Below are positions 41,494 through 54,169 of a stretch of 64,000 bases of DNA, one piece after another. The DNA is from Mytilus edulis (lineage: Eukaryota): assembly GCF_963676685.1 (NCBI RefSeq), contig NC_092353.1, positions 26,555,690 through 26,619,689 on the forward strand. Reading direction: 5' to 3'. The notes beneath the pieces were generated by a model. It saw nothing but the letters and a program-made list of their open reading frames with translations. It made no database searches and was not told where the DNA came from. Every line of letters starts with the position of its first letter. Position 1 is the stretch's first letter. The position numbers were made by a program, and so were the translations under genes.

Positions 41494-43245
41494 CTAGAAT
41501 CCAGAATATTCCAACTCATAAATTTTGGCTTTTAAAGTTTCTTGGCTGTCCCTTGTATTTGAGCATCCTACATAAATATGTCCTTCTGTAGACAAAGTGA
41601 GTCTACATGGATATATAATTCCAATGTCATGCAGATTGTAATGACCAATAAATTTCCCCTCAGAGTTCAATATGTGTAGTGTAGAAATGAATATATCTGT
41701 AACTAAAATATTATCTGCAGGAGTTGTAAGCAGGTCAGAGGGCGTAAATGTTTTTTCTTCAGTGTTGATTTTTGGTTGACCAATGTACACCTGTTTGATA
41801 TCTCCTTCTTTTCCTAATACCAAGACTCTACAATCAGAATCTATCCCATCCACAACACAGATATTGCCATTGTTGGTGCTTGTAATTAATCTAGGCCGTG
41901 TAAATAATGGTTCTTTGTTGCTGTCTTCTTCATATTTTTCCAAGCATCCACCATCCTGGCCCATCACTACCACAGCAGCCTTCGTTCCTCTTCGTCCTAC
42001 ACCTACTATAACTCTGTTATCTTTGGTTATATGGACACATACTGGTTGACTTTGTGATGTACAATTTGTATATGGTCTCACAACATAATTGGATTCATCA
42101 TGTTTGAGCCATACAGTGCTACTATTGATAATAAACAGTTTTGTTTCACTGATAATAAACAGTTTTGTTTCACCTAAGGCTGCTTCAACCAGGTTTGTGC
42201 ATGCATTCATTGCTGCCATGTCACAAATAGAAAAACAGTTTGACTCTGACATAATCGTAATATTTTGATTATCAAATTTTATATGTTGCAACTTTTCAAG
42301 AATACCATCATAAATCCACAGAGTACCATCAGAACATCTGCAAATATTATGAACATTTCTTAATTGTGTGGTGAATTGTTTAGCAATTTTAAACTCAATT
42401 TTAGGATGTTGAATTTCCAAGTTTCCTCTATTTTCCATTGATCCAAAATTTACCATTGTAATTTTGTCTGGCAAGAATCTCCCCAATAATGAAAACTCAA
42501 GGTTTTCTTGTGGTGTAGCTCCACACAAAGAAACAGCAAATTTATCAAAATCATCAAAGAATTTGACAAAATCTTTTGAAGTTGTAATACTTTTTACAGT
42601 GTTACTCTTCCTCTGTAATTTTTTTAAGGTTTTCTTAATCTTGCTATGCTTTGCCCCGATTTCCTGGCTATTTAATTCCCATGTCTGCTCCAGATCTTTT
42701 ACAAGATTATCAGCATGCTTATCAACTTCACACTTAAAAGCATCCCTGTGACTAAGGATATCTTGCTTGATTTTTCTAAATTTAGCATCTTCCTGATCTT
42801 TTATGTCCTGAACTTTGTGTAATGTACTGGTCAAATTATGTATACTTTCATCAGCTTTCTTCTGTCCACTTTTAGTTATCGTCTTTTTATCATTAAGCTC
42901 TTCTTCATCAATAAAGGTGTGTCCATTGTGGACTTTGGTTACACATTTTAAACAGATGACTTTCTTACAAGTTTGACAGTATACACAGCAAGCCTGGTCT
43001 GGATGTTCTAGACATTTAACATCTCTAAAGTTAAATGTATCCACTTCTTCTTCCAGATCCAGCTCTTTAATGTCTCTAATCCTATGTTCAGTTGCATTTT
43101 TAAATCTAGCATGGACTTTATCCTTGCATCGGCTGCACATTAAAAGTTGACAGTCCAAACATTTAAATTTGATTTTATTCCCACCATCACAAAGTTCACA
43201 ACCTACTGGAATTTGTCCTCTTTGTAAAGACTTAGAAGAAGCCAT
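41494..43245 (-). CDS. Intronless TRIM-like protein (583 aa): two B-box zinc fingers, a coiled-coil and a C-terminal NHL-like beta-propeller, with no RING finger
   Basis: Uninterrupted 583-codon ORF. N-terminal CELCDGGNKIKFKCLDCQLLMCSRCKDKVHARF is B-box1-like. CLEHPDQACCVYCQTCKKVICLKCVTKVHNGH fits the B-box2 pattern C-x2-H-x7-C-x7-C-x2-C-x5-H-x2-H. A charged heptad-like region spans aa ~115-240. C-terminal motifs GNICVVDGIDSDCRVLVLGKEG and DNILVTDIFISTLHILNSEGKFIGHY are NHL-like. Confidence 0.8.
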   Translation of the reverse strand: MASSKSLQRGQIPVGCELCDGGNKIKFKCLDCQLLMCSRCKDKVHARFKNATEHRIRDIKELDLEEEVDTFNFRDVKCLEHPDQACCVYCQTCKKVICLKCVTKVHNGHTFIDEEELNDKKTITKSGQKKADESIHNLTSTLHKVQDIKDQEDAKFRKIKQDILSHRDAFKCEVDKHADNLVKDLEQTWELNSQEIGAKHSKIKKTLKKLQRKSNTVKSITTSKDFVKFFDDFDKFAVSLCGATPQENLEFSLLGRFLPDKITMVNFGSMENRGNLEIQHPKIEFKIAKQFTTQLRNVHNICRCSDGTLWIYDGILEKLQHIKFDNQNITIMSESNCFSICDMAAMNACTNLVEAALGETKLFIISETKLFIINSSTVWLKHDESNYVVRPYTNCTSQSQPVCVHITKDNRVIVGVGRRGTKAAVVVMGQDGGCLEKYEEDSNKEPLFTRPRLITSTNNGNICVVDGIDSDCRVLVLGKEGDIKQVYIGQPKINTEEKTFTPSDLLTTPADNILVTDIFISTLHILNSEGKFIGHYNLHDIGIIYPCRLTLSTEGHIYVGCSNTRDSQETLKAKIYELEYSGF

Positions 43246-44024
43246 TTTTGAAGTCTGAAGTTAAAAAACCATATATATATATCAAAACTTTTAATCAAAT
43301 TATTAACACTTGTAGATATAATATGAAAGATAAAATATGAGGTTAATTAGATATGACATGTGTAATGTACATTTAAAATAAAGATGGACAGTGTTATCTT
43401 GTTTATTTGCTGCATCATATAACTTTTTTTTTATCAGGATAGGGGAAGCTAGTACACAAAAACATAATATTTTTTTTTTTTAAATATTATCCTTTAAGGG
43501 CAATAACTCATAAAATTATGATTAGTATGTAATATTTGCTACTGTCGTATAAGCAACAATATTTTATCATTGTATAAAAAAAATGTATTATTCTAATTTG
43601 CTACAATTTCAGCAGCAATATCTGCTTAAAATTAACCAGAAAATTTGTTATAATTTTGACCGATATTTTTGGTCTTATTGATTTAGTTTTTAAATGACAA
43701 CCCATAATTCTGTTTTGAGAAACAGTTGTTTTGTTTGTTATTGTTTAAAATCTTAGATAATTAAATTTCAATAGTAATTGCAAGTTACTTCCCTTAGCTG
43801 AAATGTTGAAGGTGCAACTGGTTGATTAATCCTTTTGAAAAAACAAAATTGAAAGCTAGTCGGAGAAAAGATTTTTAATTGATCATTAGTGATGCATTAT
43901 GTGAATGATAAAAAAAAAATTGTTGAGAAAACATTTTTTTTTCTTCTGGTCTAGCATCCACATGCAGTGAAACAATACAACATAGCAACAAAAGAGAAAT
44001 ACCTCTTACCCAAATCAAAAGGTA

Positions 44025-44723
44025 AACGGACAGAAAGTCACAGGACATGAAAAAGTCAGAGGACATAAAGTCACAAATTTGATAGGACAAAAAGTCACAA
44101 ATAATTTTTTGACAATTGTTTAAACATATTTTTATATATTTACTTTTTAAAACATATATATATTTTTAAGTTAGGGAAATTGCTCATTAACCTTGATAAA
44201 TGAAAATGTAGTTAGTACAATTTTAATCATGAAAAGGATATATTTATTGGCAAAATAAATCCATTCAAGTACCAAGCCACTTTTAACATTTTGTTTTCAT
44301 AAAAATCATGACAATTATTTGATCATTATTGATATTTAGTGAATAAATTTTAATTACAAAGTTGCTTCATAAAATAAAATAAATATATATTTTATTATAG
44401 TGTCACATATTGATTGACAATATTTACAAATCACAGTATACAATAAAACAATCAATACCCAGTCATAAATTTGACTTATGAGACACTTAACACATGTTAT
44501 ATACATTATTACATTTTGTAATAGAGTTTAACGGTAAAATTCATAAAATTATCATAAAAAAAAAGTTAAAACGTGTTTATGCATTTAAAAGCATATATAT
44601 ATATATAACTTCAAGAAAATACAAAAAAAATATTTTCAAAACCAATCTCAAAACTGAATTGTGACTTTTTGTCCTGTGACTTTTTGTCCTGTGACTATTT
44701 GTCCTGTGACTTTCTGTCCTACA
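44025..44723. mobile_element. Foldback-type element (~700 bp): inverted termini built from 13-bp subrepeats (AAAGTCACAGGAC)n around an AT-rich core with (TA)n
   Basis: The left end reads ggacagaaagtcacaggacatgaaaaagtcagaggacataaagtcacaaa. The right end 44660-44721 is its reverse complement. Confidence 0.7.
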
Positions 44724-45057
44724 TTCAATCAAAACATCAATTTATAAACTATACACACTATTTGCCAATTTCCTTAATTGAATTGACCCTGCATTAAGAG
44801 ATCCATTTTTTAGTTGTCTAACTTTGAAGGGTCATAAATTTTTCATTGGCAATGAAGAGCTAAGAAAAACAGCAAACTTATCTGTGAGAATTAAATGTGT
44901 GTAAGCTTTAAGTTTCTTAAATCTTTTAATTACAATAATTTTTTTGTTACTGTAAGCTGTAAACTGTTGGAATGTCACGGAACAGAAGTTCCTTCATAAT
45001 ATAATTTCCAAATGGAACAAATATTCTGGAATAAATATTACAGTAGATGTTCTTAAC

Positions 45058-45400
45058 GGAATAAATAGTATAAAATTGAGAATGGAAATGGGGAATGTGT
45101 CAAAGAGACAACAACCCGACCAAATAAAAAACAACAGCAGAGGGTCACCAACAGGTCTTCAATGTAGCGAGAAATTCCCGCACCCGGAGGTGTCCTTCAG
45201 CTGGCCCCTAAACAAATATATACTAGTCCAGTGATAATGAACGCCATACTAATTTCCAAATTGTACACAAGAAACTAAAATTAAAACAATACAAGACTAA
45301 CAAAGGCCAGAGGCTCCTGACTTGGGACAGGCGCAAAAATGCGGCGGGGTTAATTATGTTTGTGAGATCTCAACCCTCCCCCTATACCTCTAACCAATGT
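45058..45400 (+). mobile_element. SINE-like interspersed repeat (family B; conserved core ..aatggaaatggggaatgtgtcaaagagacaac..gccaccaacaggtcttcaa..ggctcctgacttgggacaggc..)
   Basis: Related copies lie at 48285-48545, 49805-50020, 21230-21440 and 3225-3320. Confidence 0.7.
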
Positions 45401-46059
45401 ATAAAATATTTGTTCCATCAGGTACAGGTATTATGACATTGTTTATAACAAAGTTTCCACTGGAACTTCTATTAGGTGGAACAAATATACGTTGACAGGA
45501 ACTCTGGTAACCGTTGCGCTTTTCATTTTTTTCTTCCAGAATTATTCAAATGCTGATATTTCATATTCAACTTATTTTGCCTTTTGAGGACAGACCCCAA
45601 ATTTGTACGATATAGAACCAGTCATATTTGAAAAAGAGAAGCAATTTCTGTATAATAGAATCAAATAGATAGTTGGCCAATGGACTATCATTAAGATGTT
45701 TCATTCAAATATGAATCATATGATCATGCAGGTATTTTTCAAATGTTTTGATTAAGAAACTGCAAAGTAATCAAGGGGGCACAGTGATGGTAATGGCTCA
45801 CATGATGCCTTGAGCTCAGAATAATTTATTTGCTATGCATTCAACCTGAGACTACTATGTGTTATAGTCTCAGATAATTTTTTTCAACTGTTCAAATTGA
45901 TTGTGGCCACCTCATCTGCAATGATTCTAACAGGAAGATGAGGTGACCATCCTGAACTACGTTTTTTCCTGTAAAAAAAATATGTTCTTTTATACTGTAT
46001 TTGTATCTGAGAAAGGATTGGGAAACGATGTGTAAACAATCCGGCTGCTTATCCAGCTA

Positions 46060-46082
46060 TTTTCAAAAAGGCGGGGAAATAT
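46060..46082 (+). promoter_or_regulatory. E2F-like motif (tttcaaaaaGGCGGGGAAAt) in a GC-richer patch about 350 bp upstream of the CDC5L ATG, marking a candidate core promoter region
   Basis: GGCGGGGAAA resembles the E2F consensus (TTTSSCGC, reverse complement). It sits in the only GC-rich patch upstream of exon 1. Confidence 0.25.
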
Positions 46083-46425
46083 CGTTCGATTCTCTCTAGA
46101 CTTTCTATTAGGCTGCAGAAGAATAAAGTGTTCATTTTTAGCATGTTACCAAAATAAAATGTATTTATCGAATTTTGTTCTTAAAATGATTAATTTTGGT
46201 TATATTAAATATCAGAACTATACAAAATATATGAAGAATAATAAAACTGTACAGAAATGCAGTCAATCATCATATATAGAGTTGTGTATCTAAAATATAT
46301 TCGTGTCCGTTGTTAATTTTGGTTATTAGCTAAATTTATTATACCCAACGTTATTGGAAAAAAAAACTTTTAGACAATTACATTTTAGGCACCTTTTACA
46401 GAGATCTAAGAAGTGAAAGGCCAAG

Positions 46426-46470
46426 ATGCCGAGAATTATGATAAAAGGAGGTGTTTGGCGTAACACGGAG
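46426..46470 (+). CDS. CDC5L: CDC5L (cell division cycle 5-like / Cef1 pre-mRNA splicing factor) exon 1: MPRIMIKGGVWRNTE followed by a GTAAAT donor
   Basis: ATG in a ccaagATGcc context. The 15 codons are identical to the conserved CDC5L N-terminus. The donor GT is at 46471. Confidence 0.85.
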
Positions 46471-46489
46471 GTAAATGTCCATACATTAT

Positions 46490-47577
46490 TGGAAGTTTTT
46501 TACTCTTTTTAATATACATTAATGATTTTCCAGAATACCTGGAACACAGCAAACTACGACTCTTCGCTGATGACAGTATTATATACCGAGAAATAACATG
46601 TCAACAAGACTGCACAAATTTACAAAAAGATCTTAACGCAGCAGCGAAATGGGAGGCTGATTGGCTCATGGCCTTCCATCCTGGAAAATGCACTATCTTA
46701 ACCATCACACAAAAAAAACAACCATTTAAACACGATTACATCCTTCATAACCATACTTTAGAACTAGTAACATCTGCAAAATATCTTGGCGTAACCCTAC
46801 AGTCTAACTTAAAATGGAACATTCACTACAACAACATCGTATCAAATGCAAATAAATCTCTTGGCTTTCTTAGGCGAAACTTAAAAATTTCTAACTCCAG
46901 TATCAAATCCCGTGCTTACCAATCAATAGTGAGACCAAAACTCGAATATGCCTGTAGTCTATGGGATCCACACACAGCAGATTATAAAAATAAGCTAGAA
47001 ATGGTACAGAGGCGTGCGGCCCGATATGTATGTAACAATTACCACAACACCAGTAGCGTTACATCCATGTTAAACGAACTACAATGGCCCTCACTCAGTG
47101 AGCGCCGCCTCAAAACCAGACTTATCATGTTCTACAAGGTCATCCATGGACTCATTGCAATCCCATCACTAGTCCTCATACCATCAGATACTAGAACAAG
47201 AAAATGACATACTCAAACATTTCGGCAAATATCCACCTCTAAAGACAGCTACAAATGGTCATTCTTTCCGCAAACAATCATTCAATGGAACATGTTGCCA
47301 CAAGTTGTGGTAGCAAGTCAAACCATTGAAATTTACAGAGATCAGTTGACACCAACTGTTCTCCACAACATAATTTAATTCTATAAATAACAATGTACAT
47401 ATTTTTTAATCACTTGTTGTTTTCTTTCATGTAAATATCACCAAGTATTCTACTAAGTTAAAGATAAATTTTTGTTCATATTTTTTAATCATATACTCCG
47501 CGCATGCAACAGTTCGTAATCTTCAATAATAATGAAGCTGTAACTGTATATCAGAAGAAGAAGAAGAAGAAGAAGTT
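46490..47577 (+). mobile_element. 5'-truncated non-LTR retrotransposon fragment (CR1/L2/RTE-like RT C-terminal domain plus 3' tail ending in an (AAG)7 microsatellite), located in CDC5L intron 1
   Basis: In-frame translation gives ..LLFLIYINDFPEYLEHSKLRLFADDSIIYREI..LQKDLNAAAKWEADWLMAFHPGKC..KYLGVTL.., which contains the FADD catalytic motif and a YINDxP motif typical of CR1-clade RTs. The ORF decays after 47207, and the element ends in (gaa)n at 47556-47576. Confidence 0.8.
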
Positions 47578-48284
47578 TATCAGTTCACACACGCTTACAT
47601 TTTTGTTTTACAACAGTGCATGTTTTTGTTTTGGCGTTTACATCAAACATTCTTAATATTGATACTGTTGTATAAGGGTGGTAATGGACATGACGAATAA
47701 CAGTTAAAATTGTTGCCAAATGACGTTAACAGTAATTTTTGGTGCATGACGATTAAATGTGCACTTTCTTTTTTAGACCATGTAGACAATAAAAAAATAA
47801 AGATTTAGTTGATCACGTTTATTTATTTCCAAAAATAACGGTAACGTTAATTATTTGAGCCCTCTGACGAATCACAATAAGGATATTTTTACAAATCACA
47901 GTAAAATTTTAATCAATTTGACGCTAACAGTAGCCGAAAATTGACAGTTGACGCCTGACTGTAAAGGGCATTACTACCCAGTTGTATGTCTAGTGATATT
48001 TCTGTAGCAGGCTACCTTTTGATATACTGTAATGACTATGTTGGAATCTGCAACACTGAACCTCAGAATTTGTGAAAAATTCACCTTTATGTGGCTTCTG
48101 ATTCAAAAGATATCTCTTGCAATGTCAAGGACAGGCAGGTACATGTAAATATCGACAAATGTATTAAAAAAAATCCAACCATTCTTACATGTATGTAAAA
48201 AATGGTGGATTAATATAAGAGTAAGAGTAAGTTATAGTTATGCTGTTTCTACAGCATGGTCAACAGTAAATTGATTAGTAAAAT

Positions 48285-48545
48285 TGAATAAAGAAATGGT
48301 GAATATGTCAAAGAGACAACTACACGACCAAATAACAGCAGAAGGCCACCAATGGGTCTTCAATGCAGGGAGAAAATCCTGCACTTGAGGTGGGCATAAG
48401 CTAACCCCTAAATAAAAATGTGTTCTAGTTCAGTGAAAACTTCAAAACATATAAATGAACAAAAAATAAAAAACATTCAAGACAAACAAATTAAAGGCCA
48501 GAGGTTCCTGACTTGGGACTGAAGCAAAAGTGAAGAACACACAGC
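48285..48545 (+). mobile_element. SINE-like family B copy in CDC5L intron 1
   Basis: Alignable to 45058-45400. Confidence 0.7.
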
Positions 48546-48686
48546 AATACCAACATTAAAATTCAGTTTATAAAATGCCTTTTAGTACTTAAAAGTAGGC
48601 CAGTTTAATGGGAAAAACTTATGTTAAACCAATGATATAAAGTATGCAATTGTATAATCATTCATTGACACTTTTCATTTCTATAG

Positions 48687-48893
<207 letters not shown>

Positions 48894-49423
48894 TAAGTTG
48901 AGATACATGTACACAATAAATTGTTACAGCGTAGAACTCCAGCTGAAATTACTTAAACTAGGAGCTAAATCTTCTTCAACAAAAATTATAATAATGAAGT
49001 AATTATCCCTAAGGTCTTGTGCTTCTTTTTTTTAATCAACTACTGATAAATTAAAGGTAAAGTTTAATGTGTGTAATTTGAAAGAAAATCAGTTGAGGTG
49101 TACTGATATTTTGCTGTAGTCCTACATACAAATATGAAGATCAGTGGAGTAGTTTAAGGCCAAAAATATATTGTGTTTTCAACTTTTCAAACACAAACAT
49201 GCTTTTTCTTCAAGTACCAATTTTAACATGAGAGGGGTTGGTCATGAACGTTCTTTTATCAAACTATTTACTTGAATGTAATCACTGAGTTGAATGTAAA
49301 TATAGAATTTCAATATAAAGTTTGTTTTTCCTAAACAAGGCTAATATCAAATGGACTGTACACTCCAAAAGTATCAACTAGAACATCATCGTCAATGACA
49401 GGAAATTAACAAAAAGAAATTGA

Positions 49424-49648
<225 letters not shown>

Positions 49649-49804
49649 TGAGTCTCATGATTCATAAGGACTTAATTAAAACATAAGTATATGAAAAATC
49701 TTGTATTAGCCTGTCATGAAAAATGAATTTAAAATGACAAGAATAGAATTTGGCATCTAGTAGCTGTGACTTACAATTCTAAAAATTTAACAACAACAAA
49801 ATAT

Positions 49805-50020
49805 TATATATGAAAAAAGAAGATGTGGTATGATTGCAAATGAGCATCTCTCCACATGAGACCAAAATGACACACCAATTAACAACTATAAGTCACTGTA
49901 TGGCCTTCAATGAGAAAACTAACAGGCTCCTGACTTGGGACAGGCACATACATACATAATGTGGTGGGGTTAAACATGTTAGCGGGATCCCAACCCTCCC
50001 CTAACCTGGGAGAGTGATAT
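49805..50020 (+). mobile_element. SINE-like family B-related copy in CDC5L intron 3
   Basis: Shares ..gatatgattgc.aatgag.. with the 21230 copy and ..aggctcctgacttgggacaggc..ggggtta.. with the 45058 copy. Confidence 0.6.
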
Positions 50021-50220
50021 AACAGTACAACATAAGAACAAACTATAAAAATGAGTTGAAAAAAAGCTTAACTCATCAGATGGGCAAAAATACAAGTGGA
50101 CGTGGACGTTTCTTTACAATGATATTGAGCAACATGAACCTCACCCAAAAAAAAATAGACATAAACTGGGTTATTAAATTTATGTTATTGAGAGGTGGTT
50201 TAATAAAATTTTACCTATAG

Positions 50221-50391
<171 letters not shown>

Positions 50392-50942
50392 TAAATGGTG
50401 GAAAAGATCGTTTGTTATAATAGTATTGTATTATCCAATGTACAAATGATGTAAATGTTAATATTTTCGAGGGGTGTTATATTCATGATTCTTATGCATA
50501 AATCTTTTATGTGGTGATTAAATTGTGCAATGATTGAAAAATTCTCCCTACAAATCACAAGTACAATACAATACAATGTGTTGTTATTATTATATAAATA
50601 ATGTTTGATGCCCTTATGTTTATACTTCCCATTCTGACATATGAGTGTGAAATATGGGGATTTGAAAACAATTGCATGCTGGAAAAGAATTCAACTGCAG
50701 CTTTGCAGGAATATGTTTTAAAAAAAAGATCCTAAACACAAAATACTATGACAAGGAAAACTTGGTCTTACACCAATAGATACTATGATAAAAGTTGGAA
50801 TGGTGTGGAATTTGGAATAGATTTCTCGTCAATGGAAAAACACTAAGCAATATCCAAAAAAAATAAATAGATAAAGCATATTGTATTGTATTTATAGATA
50901 GTCTTCTTTATTAAATGAATGTTGAAATTAATTTTGATATGA

Positions 50943-51086
<144 letters not shown>

Positions 51087-51504
51087 TGAAAGATATATAT
51101 TAGAAAAATAACTTTAATATGTATAACCATGGTTGTGACAGTATCCATAAGTTAGACAAGTGTAACAGGAAAAAGGCATGCCATAATTTGGATCTTTTAA
51201 AAAGAAATCATGAAATAAAACCATAAAAAAGATTGAAAGGGTTTGGACAAACCAAATATTTTTAAGTGTGGCCTAATGTCTAGAATGTAATGATTGAATA
51301 TTGAATGGAGCTTTTCACTCCCCTCAGAAAGGTTACCAATGTCTTAGCAAAAAACGTAGCTTCAGTCTGCAGAATTCAGCAGCAAATTGTTTTACAGAGT
51401 CAGTTTTGATGTTTGCCGCCTATCTTGCAGCTTCAAGTTTGCCTTCCTATTCACTAAGTAATTTTTTGAATTCTTAAAATCTCTAAATTGATTCTTTTTA
51501 CCAG

Positions 51505-51555
51505 GAGGTTAGCAGCATTACAAAAGAGAAGAGAGTTACGAGCAGCAGGAATAGA
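51505..51555 (+). CDS. CDC5L: CDC5L exon 6 (RRLAALQKRRELRAAGI)
   Basis: Acceptor tttaccag; donor ga|GTAAGT. The frame is consistent with exons 5 and 7. Confidence 0.85.
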
Positions 51556-51561
51556 GTAAGT

Positions 51562-51835
51562 TTTTATGTCCCATTTATGGGCATTATGTTTTCTGGTCTG
51601 TGTGTCCATTCCTCCGTCTGACTGTCCTGCATCAAGTTAAAGTTTTTTGTCGAGGTAGTTTTTGATGAAGTTGAAGTCCAATCAACTTGAAACTTAGCAC
51701 ACATGTTCTCTATGATATGATCTTTCTAATTTTAATGTCAAATTAGAGATTTTCCCCCATTTTCACGGTCCACTGAACATAGAAAATGATAGTACGGATT
51801 GGGCATCTGTGTACTATGGACACACTCTTGTTTCA
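51562..51835 (-). mobile_element. SINE-like family A copy in CDC5L intron 6
   Basis: The reverse complement matches 27745-28112, including the terminal atgcccataaatgggac hairpin. Confidence 0.75.
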
Positions 51836-52320
51836 TGTCATTTATTCATTGACACAGAAAAAATTTGAACAAGATATATATGTGATTGTTTAAATAGAAA
51901 ATTTGATATAAAAAAAGAGGTATGACTAGTTGCTATATATATTCTCTCCCCAGTTAAGATGTTTGAATACATTACCAAAGTAAAAGTCAGAGGGAAACAA
52001 AATAAGAAGGAAAAGTTCAAAATGTAAATAGTGATCATTAGCAGAAGCGATAATTCCATGAGCATTACATGCTTTAAACTCTTTAAATGTGGGTTAATAT
52101 TCAAAAGTGGTACTGTAGAATCATTATATTCATTGGATACCGGAAAAACCATGAATTTAAATGTTCAACAAATTGTAAATTTGCTGTATGATTAAATGCA
52201 GACTTTTGGAAAACCATGAAATAAATATCCACGAAAATGCAAGTTTTCCTCAATCCACGAAAATTGGTCCCCATGAAAATAAATGAATCCACAGTAACTC
52301 CCCGTGTATTACATGATTAA

Positions 52321-52470
<150 letters not shown>

Positions 52471-53085
52471 TAGAAATCATTTGAAACAAAAAATATCATA
52501 TATTGTCGTTATTTTGAAAAAAAGAGCATGAATTCAGAAAAAAGTTTTATTATAATTTTATAGGAATGAAAAATAGATAAATGAATTTAAGGTGTATGAA
52601 GCGGTCTGTTGCTATAAAGCAGTCTGATTTAACGGGCATTATACATTTTGTGTACAACTGTTATCAGAAAAGAAACTAAATAAAATGATACATTCCTTCT
52701 TGCACTAGTTTCACCCTTCTACAAACAGTAACTGGTAGATATGGGAGTCTATATAGTCAGCTTAAACAGCAACAAATTGATATTTCACAAATTAATAAAA
52801 AAAATAATATTTGAGGCGTTTAAGTAGGAAAGGACCAATTATTATCAGTTAATAACAAGCAACAAAATTGATCAATAAATTGTTGATTGCTAACATCCAG
52901 TGGCAAATATTTCATGCATGTTCAGGAGGAACAAGCAACTAGACGCAATACTGGCCAGGATATTTGATTACATGTCATAATGGAGAATTGGCTCAAGTAT
53001 TATCCAGATATGGAAAGGAGTACTGTCTGATGTAAATCTTTCCAATATTCCTTTTTATTATCAAAATTCCATTTATTTTTGACAG

Positions 53086-53189
53086 GTTTCCATGACACAT
53101 CTGAAGAAGTTTTTAAGCCAAAAGATATTAATTTTAAAAGATTAAGACAACAAAATCTGGATGGAGAAAGAAGAGATGATGCAGAGGCT
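53086..53189 (+). CDS. CDC5L: CDC5L exon 8 (GFHDTSEEVFKPKDINFKRLRQQNLDGERRDDAEA)
   Basis: Acceptor tttgacag; donor GTAAGT. Matches conserved GFYDTSEE...RKLRQQDLDGE. Confidence 0.85.
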
Positions 53190-53679
53190 GTAAGTCATTT
53201 CTTGCCAAGTATATTTTTAATTCATTTATTTTCATGGTAACAATTTTCCTGGATGTTGATAATAATGCCCTCGCGTATTACCTCTTAACATAGAACAAGT
53301 TCAAATTTGAGTGGCATCACTTTTTTGTTTGCTTTTGTCTGCATTCTCTCTTTACTTCACACCAGCGGGATATTTATAAACTAATACACCACCAAACACC
53401 GATCAAGTTAAAATTGGGTGGTGTCACTATCACCATTTAGGATTTATGTCCATGGATAAATGTAAAAATTACTGAATTTACCAATTTCATACTCTTTACT
53501 TTGCCACAACCAGCAACTTCTAAGAAAATCAAAGAGAAACAAAAGAGAATAGTTGTTGATAGATTTTTGAGACTATGATTTTCAAATGCAATGGGTAAAA
53601 AAATAGACTTATACTTTCTTTTTTTATCAAATATTTTCTCCCTTAAAGTAAAAACATGTATTTATTTGTATAATTTTAG

Positions 53680-53759
53680 AGAGAAAGAAAGAAAGATAAA
53701 CTAAAACAAAAGAAAAGAAAAGAAAATGATTTACCTGGAGCAATAGCCAGCCAAAGCAA
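53680..53759 (+). CDS. CDC5L: CDC5L exon 9 (RERKKDKLKQKKRKENDLPGAIASQS-)
   Basis: Acceptor aattttag; donor aa|GTAAGT. Aligns to the conserved [21 protein letters not shown] block. Confidence 0.75.
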
Positions 53760-53989
53760 GTAAGTGTAAAATTGTTTTGAAGCTCAGAGTAATTAAACAA
53801 ATGTTTGACTGGTCGCAATGTACAAAATTTATTACAAACATTTTTTTGGCTGTTTTGTTTAGTGTTTGCCTGTTTTTGGCATAGGATTAATTGGTGATAA
53901 ACACCACTTTCAGCACTAATGTTCTATTTTGTGGTGGTCATTGGTGGAGGCAGCTGGAGTGCTCAAAGAAAATCACCTACGGTAATACC

Positions 53990-54160
53990 TCCATTATAAA
54001 AACTGACAATCCTAGTCAATTAAGATTGGAGTAAAGTGCACCTTCCCCATGGGGGATTCGAACTCACAACCTCAGTGTGGATAGGCTAGCAATGTAGAAG
54101 TTTGACAACTTAGACCTTTTGGGCACTGAGATCCCGGTCAGAAAGAAGGAGAAAAACAGA
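53990..54160 (-). mobile_element. tRNA-derived SINE-like element. The reverse complement carries a T-arm-like GGTTGTGAGTTCGAATCCCCCATGG. A second copy at 54790-54933 is the host of the hAT-like element.
   Basis: A GTTCGAATC box is present on the minus strand. The second copy shares aggctagc(a/g)at..agaagtttgac...aaaaacagattt(a/g)aat. Confidence 0.4.
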
Positions 54161-54169
54161 TTTAAATAT

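Noticed and set aside
46668-47207. 179-aa plus-strand ORF, considered as a host gene
   Set aside because: It is the C-terminal reverse-transcriptase domain of a truncated non-LTR retrotransposon in CDC5L intron 1. It is annotated as a mobile element, not a cellular CDS.
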